DNA of 64,000 nucleotides from Octopus vulgaris (taxonomy: Eukaryota), in the NCBI GenBank assembly GCA_951406725.2, contig OX597815.1, forward strand, positions 162,130,001-162,194,000, in the 5' to 3' direction. The notes under the pieces are model-generated. The model saw only the letters and a list, made by a program, of their open reading frames with translations, was not told where the DNA came from and made no database searches. The position numbers and the translations under genes are program-made. Numbering within the stretch: position 1 is the stretch's first letter; each line of letters begins with the position of its first letter. Positions 56,298-64,000 of the stretch are shown piece after piece.

Positions 56298-56455
56298 TTA
56301 TATATATAATATATATAATATATGTATATATATATATAATATATATAATATATATATATATATACATACATATATATATATACATATATATATATATACA
56401 TACATACATATATATGTATATATATATATACATACATACATATATATATATATAC

Positions 56456-56579
<124 letters not shown>

Positions 56580-56640
56580 AATGTAACCACATGTGAATCG
56601 TTGGCGATTTTCTTCCTCCGTCTTCATTGGACTTTCCTCT

Positions 56641-56675
56641 GTTTCTGAAGAAGAGCGTTGCTCGAAACGTTAAAC
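56641..56675 (+). ncRNA. Minimal type I hammerhead ribozyme motif (Penelope-type), intact core
   Basis: GTTT CTGAAGA A GAGC GTT GCTC GAAA CG T T AAAC: stem I GTTT/AAAC, stem II GAGC/GCTC, palindromic AACGTT in place of stem III. Confidence 0.75.
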
Positions 56676-56789
56676 CATACTTCTTTCCTTCTCTGAGCGT
56701 CTGCTAATACTTTGCATGTACCACGTCCTCGCGTTGTTGCGTGTATTTTTTGTGTGTGTTTGTTATTCTTCCTTTTTGGGATTTACTAT

Positions 56790-56883
<94 letters not shown>

Positions 56884-57035
56884 TTTGTGCTGCAAGATTC
56901 CTGATGTGAAACCGCGTGTTGAAACAGATACTGTTATATTTCGGGATGGTCATTTTTTTTCTTTTTTTTTTTTGCCAAATAAACACTCGCACTATATATT
57001 CGTTCTTCACTCGTTTATTACTGTCCTTATTCCAT

Positions 57036-57080
57036 TGTTCGGAAATCTTTCGTCACACATCTGTGACCTCTTCAGCGACA
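57036..57080 (-). ncRNA. Type I hammerhead motif inside an inverted-repeat-flanked element (56938-57183)
   Basis: TGTCG CTGAAGA G GTCACA GATG TGTGAC GAAA GATT TC CGAACA. Confidence 0.6.
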
Positions 57081-57324
57081 CATTCCGTCTTCGTGTGTGC
57101 TCTTGCTCCGCTTGAGTAAAGAATGAATATATAGTGCGTGTGTTTATTTGGCAAAAAAAAATTTTAATAACCGTCCCGAAATACTGCGATATATAGTCCT
57201 GTTATTATTATTATTATTGTATTTGTGTAGCATTAACCGGTTTTTTCTCGTCCTTGTTTTGTATACATTCACTGCTTTCTTCCAAGGAATCTAATGGTCT
57301 TAGCTTAGTTTTTCCTTGGGGATG

Positions 57325-57395
57325 GCCAGATTGGAGCAATCTCGAGTTTAATCAGCCGAAATTGCGAAGATAATCTGGTACTCGACTGAGGAAAG
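57325..57395 (+). ncRNA. Non-circularly permuted hammerhead ribozyme-like motif (copy A)
   Basis: GCCAGATT GGA GCAAT C TCGAGT TTAATCAGCC GAA ATTGC GAAGAT AATCTGGT ACTCGA CTGAGGA AAG. Confidence 0.7.
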
Positions 57396-58009
57396 AACTT
57401 CGAATGAGCCGTCTTTGTTTTCTTTGTATCGTCTATCTGGATGTTTTGTTGTCCCATTTTTGTATCACCTAACTGTCCGGATGTTTTGCGTCTTGTCCCA
57501 TACGACGGGCTTTCCGTTTCCTTTCTACCAAATCTACTCACAAGACATTTTTTGGTCCACCCACAGCTATAGCAGAAGACACATACGGAAGGTGCCACGC
57601 AGTGGGACTGAACCCGTGACCACATGTTTAAAAAGCATACTTTTTACCGCTCAGCCACACCTAAAGGGTGACACTGGTTTCAAAATTTTGTCTATATTGC
57701 CTGAAATAGCAAAATATTTCAACATAGAGGGAAATATCTCTGCATGCAGAGAAATATATTCACATACAGAGAAAATATTACCACATACAGCGAGAGATTA
57801 CCTCATAGAGTGAAACATTTTTGCATAGAAAGAATTATTTCCACAAGAAAAATAATATTTACCAAAAAAAATACAACTGCTCGACTTTCAAGAGTATTTT
57901 GTTTCGCGGACGTTTTTAATTGAAATTTCGTTTTAAAACTTAATTATAGTAATTTTATCTCCAGATCAACTTGTGATGATCTGGCTTTTTTTTTTTTTTT
58001 TTTTTTTTT

Positions 58010-58111
58010 CGGAGCATGTCACATTGAAAGCACCGGTTCTCGTCCGATCACCGAAGTTAAGCAACATCGAGCTTAGTTAGTACTTAGATGGGTAACCTAG
58101 GTGCTGTAAGC
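58010..58111 (+). pseudogene. 5S rRNA pseudogene
   Basis: CACATTGAAAGCACCGGTTCTCGTCCGATCACCGAAGTTAAGCAACATCGAGC..GTTAGTACTTAGATGGGTAACC..GGTGCTGTA matches invertebrate 5S; 5' end eroded and the GCCTGGGAATACC segment missing. Confidence 0.9.
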
Positions 58112-58121
58112 GTCACACATT

Positions 58122-58518
58122 AGGCGTATGAGTGACTATGTGGTAAGTAGCTTGCTTACGAACCACATGGTTCCGGGTTCAGTCCCACTGCGTGGCACCT
58201 TGGGCAAGTGTCTTCTACTATTGCCTCGGGCCGACCAAAGCCTTGTGATTGGATTTGGTAGACGGAAACTGAAAGAAGCCCGTCGTATATATGTATGTAT
58301 GTATATGTTTGTGTGTCTGTGTTTGTCCCCCAACATTGCTTGACAACCGATGCTGGTGTGTTTACGTCCCCGAAACTTAGCGTTTCGGCGAAAGAGACCG
58401 ATAGAATAAGTACTAGGCTTACAAAGAATAAGTCCTGGGGTCGATTTGCTCGACTAAAGGCGGTGCTCCAGCATGGCCGCAGTCAAAATGACTGAAACAA
58501 GTAAAGAAGTAAAAGAGT
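58122..58518 (+). mobile_element. tRNA-derived SINE, family 1, CpG-intact
   Basis: Complete copy. Confidence 0.92.
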
Positions 58519-58583
58519 ATATAAGATTACTTTATTCAACGATTGTGGGTGGTTTGAGGAAGATTTGGTTACTTTTTCTAGAG

Positions 58584-58733
58584 CAGATATGGGTAACCTT
58601 TTTCGAAAAACGGACCGCATGAGACATGTCCCATCATCACCGGGCGGGTTGCACTACAAAATTAATTCAAGGTTATTTTTCGTTTAGGTGTGCCATTCAG
58701 AAAGGCTTGCAGGCTGCAATTTACTCGTGACTG
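58584..58733. mobile_element. Degraded hAT (Charlie/MER5-like) MITE
   Basis: CAGATATGGGTAA / TTACTCGTGACTG ends; TTCTAGAG-type left target site. Confidence 0.5.
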
Positions 58734-59040
58734 GCGTAGAAGTTCCACTACTGATCCATTGCGAAACGGTGGAAGTGACACGGCAGATTAAATGCTGCCA
58801 AGGTGGACTCTGCCTTTCATTCTTTCAGGATCGATAAAATAAGTACCAGTTAAACATGGGAGTTGATGTAATCGACAAGCCTCTTCCCCAGATTCCAGAC
58901 CTTGTGACTATAGTAAAAAGCATTATTAAAAAGGCTGTGAGTTGGCAGGTAGCACATCGGACAAAATGCTTAATGTCATTTCTTCCGGCTCTTTTACGTT
59001 CTGAGCTCAAAGCTCGCCGAGGTCGACTTTACTTTTCATC

Positions 59041-59475
59041 GGCAATCTTTCGTCTCTAGTAGACCTTTCCGTCGATTTCCGTAAAAAAATTTATTTTTTT
59101 TACATATGGGCTTGCAGGAACTTTTGAAGTAATGAGAGCGAAAGAGACTAAGAGAAAGCGATTGTATGACGAGGGAAGTTCTTTTGAAGTTACCGTGCAT
59201 GGGAGCATTGATGGACATGTGTGTGTGCGTGCGTGTGTGTGTGTTTGATGGGGTGTGGGAGACAGACAGTATGTTGTGTAAGTGAAGTGCTTCTGTTAGT
59301 GTGTGTGAAGAGACAGAGTAATGTGTGAAAGAAAGAGATAACTGAAATTTTTTTACTCGGTGTATGTGTATATGTATGTATATTACTTCAAAAGTTCCCG
59401 CAAGCCCATATGTAAAAAAAAAAAAAAAAATTTACGGAAATCGACGGAAAGGTCTACTAGAGACGAAAGATCGCC
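59041..59475. mobile_element. MULE-like MITE, second copy in opposite orientation, inserted in a family-2 SINE
   Basis: Same TIRs as 54909-55322; perfect 9-bp TSD CTTTTCATC at 59032-59040 and 59476-59484. Confidence 0.88.
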
Positions 59476-60511
59476 CTTTTCATCCTTTCGGAGTCGATAA
59501 AATAAGTACCAGTTGAACTTTGAAGTCGGCTAACTCCTACCCTAAAATTTCAGGCCTTGACCCGATGGCAGAAAGGAATTATTATTATTTTCAAGTACCG
59601 AAAAGACGCGAGTTAAGGATACATTTGACTGCCATTTCGAGCAGGCTGTGTGACCATCTAGAAGCTCCCTCGTTGACCCAGCAACATAGATGTAGAGTAA
59701 GTAATCTGAAAGTAAATTAGACTCGCCGTGACTTATAAAAAGGAGAAAAGATACATAAATAAATAAATTAACAAATACATAAAAGACTAAATAAATAACT
59801 AAATAAACATAACACACTTCTTAATATAAACAGACAGACACGTGCTACGTATGTGTGTGCCTGCCTGTTAGCCTGACTGTTTCTCTGTCAATAACATGTT
59901 TTATAGAGCAAAGCTGCTAGCAGGAATTGTTGTTTATTTACCTACTACAGTGTTGATTTGCTGGCTTATGCTTTTTTATTTCTTTTCTTTTTATTTGATT
60001 TGATCTGTCATTTTGTCCGCCATTCTAACGATCTGCCAATCTATCGCGGCCCTCAACCACTGGGCCGCACAGAATGAATACATTTTAAAATTTTATTTGG
60101 ATCTTTTCCTTTTGAACGGCACTTTTCAACACAAGTTCTAGTTAACTAAACACTTTTAAACTTCGTATACTGGTAGAATGTGTTTATAAAACATCATTTT
60201 TTCTTGGCTTTATTGAGAAAATTCTATAGTTTGTAAGATATTTCGTCTGAAATTTCGAGCATTTCGGCAATTTTAACCAATCGCTGGTGTCCATTTAGAC
60301 AAACAACATTCCGTGCTGTATGAATATGTCCCTCCTTTAAGAAACAGATTGGGTTTATTTACATTTGTGAAGAAAAAAATATACCCTTCCCCAACCCCTA
60401 ACCCTAACTCTCACCCTAAATCTAAAATAGATTGAAATGCAATAGATCGATACTAGGGCCATAATTATGGGTGACAATTTCATACGACACCGCTACGGAA
60501 AATGGGATTTT

Positions 60512-60589
<78 letters not shown>

Positions 60590-60722
60590 CACACACAATC
60601 AAAGGTAGGACACGAAAAACACAATACACGGAAACCATCAAAACACAATATGCAGGAAAAGGACGAAAGCGCGACAACAGCAAACAGGACAAACCAAGGT
60701 ACACGGATCATCCGTAGCCAAT

Positions 60723-60794
60723 TGCTTCTTCAGTCGAAATCCGGCATGCTCACGTAGTTTCGCCCACTTTTCCCCGGTGCTACTCAAAACCGGC
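60723..60794 (-). ncRNA. Non-circularly permuted hammerhead-like motif (copy D, degenerate)
   Basis: CCGGT..GTAGC A CCGGGG AAAAGTGG GC GAA ACTAC..GCCGG A TTTCGA CTGAAGA A GC; U16.1 and first stem I pair mismatched. Confidence 0.45.
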
Positions 60795-61024
60795 TGGGCT
60801 AAGAACTCAAGCTAAAAGCATTAAGCCCCTGGACAAGGCAAACGAATGTACATTTACGAAAACAAATAAGTAAGCAACAGAAAGGGTCTTTCGACTGTCG
60901 GACGAACGTAACATATGAAATAGAATTATACTATGAAATAGAATTATACAAGGGACAAGTGCATATATGTTGCATTTATGCAACATATATGGATTGAGAA
61001 TAGCTTCAAGTGTGGACTCTCGAG

Positions 61025-61414
61025 GGATCTTTTCGGTTTAAACGGTAGTTTTTAAAAATAATTTCCATGTAACTAAGCACTTTTAAACTTCGTAAACTGG
61101 TAGAATGTGTTTATAAAATATCTTTTTCTCTTGGCTTTATTGGGGAAATTCTATAGTTTGTAAGATATTTGTTGTTTTTTTTTCTTCAATTTCTGCAATT
61201 TTAACCAATCAATGACGTCTATGAATATGTGCCGTATGAATATGTCCCTCGTTTAAGAAACAGATTGGGTTTATTTACATTTGTGAAGAAAAAAAGATAC
61301 CCTTCCTCCCACCCCTAACCCTAAATGCAATAGATCGATACTAGGGTCATAATTATGGGTGACAATTTCATATGACACCACTAGAAAAAACTCCCGTTCA
61401 AGCCGAAAAGATTC
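61025..61414. mobile_element. MITE with short TIRs, 8-bp TSD and internal CCCTAA repeats (Merlin-like by TIR/TSD pattern)
   Basis: GGATCTTTTCGGTTTAAACGG / CCGTTCAAGCCGAAAAGATTC; TSD CTCTCGAG at 61017-61024 and 61415-61422; sister copy about 60099-60505. Confidence 0.75.
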
Positions 61415-61554
61415 CTCTCGAGGTTTATTCAAACAATGGAAGTTCAAAAGGTCTTTCAAGATAATAGTTTATTAGAAGTAAAACAGGAATGTACAGGTAT
61501 TTGGGAATATGCCTCAACGCATATTACTTATATTTGAAACCTAAAGGTCATTTA

Positions 61555-61892
61555 GATAATGACCCCGTTCGGTCACGAATGACTATGGGATTGCAGCTAG
61601 AAAGTTCTCCTCCGAAGCTCAAGTCCGGACAAGGTTGTTTATGGAAGGCTAGCAGTCGCCCATGCATACAAACCTCCCTTCGCCATGCCACCAATGTTAT
61701 CCAAGGGAAAGGGAAAGGCTGATACAGCTTGGCACCAGTGACGCCGCAACTCATATCTACAACTGAGTGAACTGGAGCAATGTGAAATAAAGTGTCTTGC
61801 TCAAGAACAACACACAGCCCAGTCCAGGAGTCAAGCTCACTACCTCATCATTGTAAGCCCAATGCTTTAACCACTGAGCCATGCGCCTTCAC
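61555..61892 (-). mobile_element. tRNA-derived SINE, family 3 head and core with a different tail, 12-bp TSD
   Basis: GTGAAGGCGCATGGCTCAGTGGTTAAAGC head; TSD AAAGGTCATTTA at 61543-61554 and 61893-61904. Confidence 0.85.
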
Positions 61893-62369
61893 AAAGGTCA
61901 TTTAACCTTTTGGAATTCAGATCACTCAGTGAAATGTAATGCTTATCAATTCACATGTTTTCGAATTAATCATGCATTATCTTACAGCTTCAAGAGTTCG
62001 CTGATGTGATTGTTTTATTCTTAAGATGATATTGTAGGAAAAATTTGAGAGGCCAGGTCTGGTTGGTCTGAACATAAAACAGGTGGAACAGGTGGGCCGG
62101 ATATGACCAGTTTAAATGATAAAGGGTGAGAGTTTATTTGAAGGTGAAATTTAATGCTCATTGAAGTTGAAGCAGGGAAGTAAACAGCTATGAACAAGGA
62201 GGGATGAGTGAATAGAGCATAAACGTGTACATGTGGGTGGAAAGGAGACTTTGGAATTTTTAGCCTAGCTATTTGATAATGTATGTAAGGGTATCTTTTA
62301 TCTTTTATTTGTTTCAGTGATTTGACTATGGCCATGCTGGGGCACTACCTTGAAGAATGTTTAGTCGAA

Positions 62370-62443
62370 TGTTTCAACGAAGTCGCGTCTTGTCCTTACC
62401 TTCGGAACGCGGAGTAAATGAAACAGGGACAACTGACGAAGGT
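62370..62443 (+). ncRNA. Non-circularly permuted hammerhead ribozyme-like motif (copy B)
   Basis: TGTTTCA..CGCGT C TTGTCC TTACCTTC GGA ACGCG..TGAAACA G GGACAA CTGACGA AGGT; GUC cleavage triplet; A13-to-G core change. Confidence 0.7.
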
Positions 62444-62592
62444 GAATATTCCTTGTGTTGTATGTCTTGTACTCTGTTTCTTTTTTTTTTTTCGTTGTTT
62501 GAAAAAATGTTCGTCTCTATGTTTTTGTCTTTATGTTTTCGTTTCTCATTGTTTTCAACGTTTTTTTTAATGTCCTATGCACATATAGGCAT

Positions 62593-62663
<71 letters not shown>

Positions 62664-62666
<3 letters not shown>

Positions 62667-64000
62667 TACCGTCAGAAATTAATTAGCACCCTTGATTTGC
62701 TCTTCACTCAAGGTATTTGCTGTCACCTAGTGGCCATATCTCGAACTATTGCTTTGTTGCGAGTTCACTGTTGCGCAGAACGATGACGTAACTTTGTTTG
62801 CAGAGCGGTTTGAGAGTCTACAGCCTAATGATGTTGACATAGCAGTGCAACAACAACTTGGGGTGCGGATGCAGACAAATCTTCCTTTGTTTAATAGATA
62901 TAGGTAGCGCCTCGCAAGGACCGAAATCACACCGTACTAAGTTTTCTCATCGCGTAAGACGTTTTGAACAGCTTGTAGGTTAATTGATTTGTGTATTTGC
63001 AAGATTTTTTTCCTCACAAATTCTCCTACACTCTGCTTGGTGACGTCACTTCCGGTTCACAAAACTTTCTGTTATACATCAAATAAGATGAGAAATTCTG
63101 CTTTCTTTCTTTTTTGTTTAATGAATAATAACTCATAGCAGTTTTGTTATAGCATAACATTATTCAAATGAATAGTTTTAATGAAAATAACTGGTTTTTA
63201 TCGTTCATTCCTAGATGGGCCCAAGACCTCGCATGACCTTGGAGAGACGGCACAAGGCTCTCTCGTGGCGTGGGAAGCTGTCGGAGGTTGCAATAGCCAG
63301 AAAACTTGGTGTAGCCAGGCGCACAATTCAGTGCTTATTTAAGAAATACGAGGAAACCGGATCAGCAGCTGACAAAAAGGGTAGGGGACGGAAGAGGCTG
63401 ACGACCCAGCGGGAGGACTGGATGCTGATCCGAAAGTCACTGTACAACCGAAGGGTAACGAGCCGGCAACTGGCGGAGGAGATGCAAAAGATGACAGGGA
63501 AGCAGTTGTCTACAACCACCGTCAAGACCAGATTACTGGAAGCTGGTCTAAAATCCTGTAGGGCCACCCGTAAGCCGCTCCTTACAGCCCAAAACCAGAA
63601 GAGGCGGCTGCTCTGGGCCCGTGCCCACAAGACATGGACCGTGCAGCAGTGGCGGACAGTGATGTTCACTTACGAGTCGCGATTCAGTCTCATCAGTGAC
63701 AAGCCTGTCCATGTGCGACGCCGCAGGGGTGACCGCTTCAACAAAGACTGCATTGCTCCCACCATGAAGCAAGGTGGGGGTGGTCTGATGGTGTGAGGGG
63801 CGTTCAGCTACAGTGGTGTTGGGCGGCTCTATGCCTTCGAAGTACGTTGAGATAGTACGGGATACCTCTTTGGTGGCGAGGAGTACTGCTCCAGCAGGAC
63901 AACGCGCCTTCCCACACAGCCAAGCTCACAACCGGTTTCTTCAAGGACCATGGGGTGACGGTCATGGACTGGCCTGGCCAGTCACCTGACCTGAACCCTA
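62664..64000 (+). mobile_element. Tc1-like transposon running off the window end
   Basis: Left TIR TA-CACTACCGTCAGAAATTAATTAGCAC identical to 38397; transposase from 63215. Confidence 0.95.
63215..64000 (+). pseudogene. Tc1 transposase, inactivated
   Basis: HTH (IARKLGVARRTIQ), GRGRKRLT, KPLLT..RLLWARAH, first catalytic Asp changed (VMFTYESRF), TGG-to-TGA stop at MV*GAF (63794-63796), deletions, then QQDNAPSH..WPGQSPDLNP. Confidence 0.92.

Noticed and set aside
58122-58195. SINE heads as tRNA genes
   Set aside because: A and B boxes only; no complete cloverleaf, and always continued by SINE body.
63215-63796. 193-aa ORF as a domesticated HTH-only gene
   Set aside because: Lies inside TIR-bounded Tc1 sequence with lesions shared by another copy; no evidence of selection.

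Overview
AT-rich eukaryotic genomic DNA, almost certainly from an octopod cephalopod (inferred from the SINE/RTE repertoire and the extreme microsatellite density). There is no intact protein-coding gene. The window is a layered record of mobile DNA: about 25 copies or fragments of one tRNA-derived SINE, two further SINE groups, RTE, Tx1/L1, R4/Dong and Penelope retroelement remnants, Tigger, maT (DD37D) and Tc1 transposase fossils, Helitron, piggyBac, hAT, MULE-like and telomere-repeat-bearing MITEs, and a 5S rRNA pseudogene. Nearly all ORFs in the supplied track are microsatellite or SINE artefacts. The main result is a family of short repeats (4 near-complete copies, 1 truncated) holding all hammerhead ribozyme core elements in a non-circularly permuted, pseudoknotted order, with stems that differ in sequence between copies yet stay paired. 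Conventional minimal type I hammerheads are also frequent. Other points: a Tx1-like LINE embedded in (GATA)n whose 3' tail is shared with a SINE, and a CpG-poor to CpG-rich transition near 50-52 kb with a CRE cluster and splice signals, suggesting the left 50 kb is intron of a methylated minus-strand gene. All analysis was by eye; no folding, alignment or database search was run.
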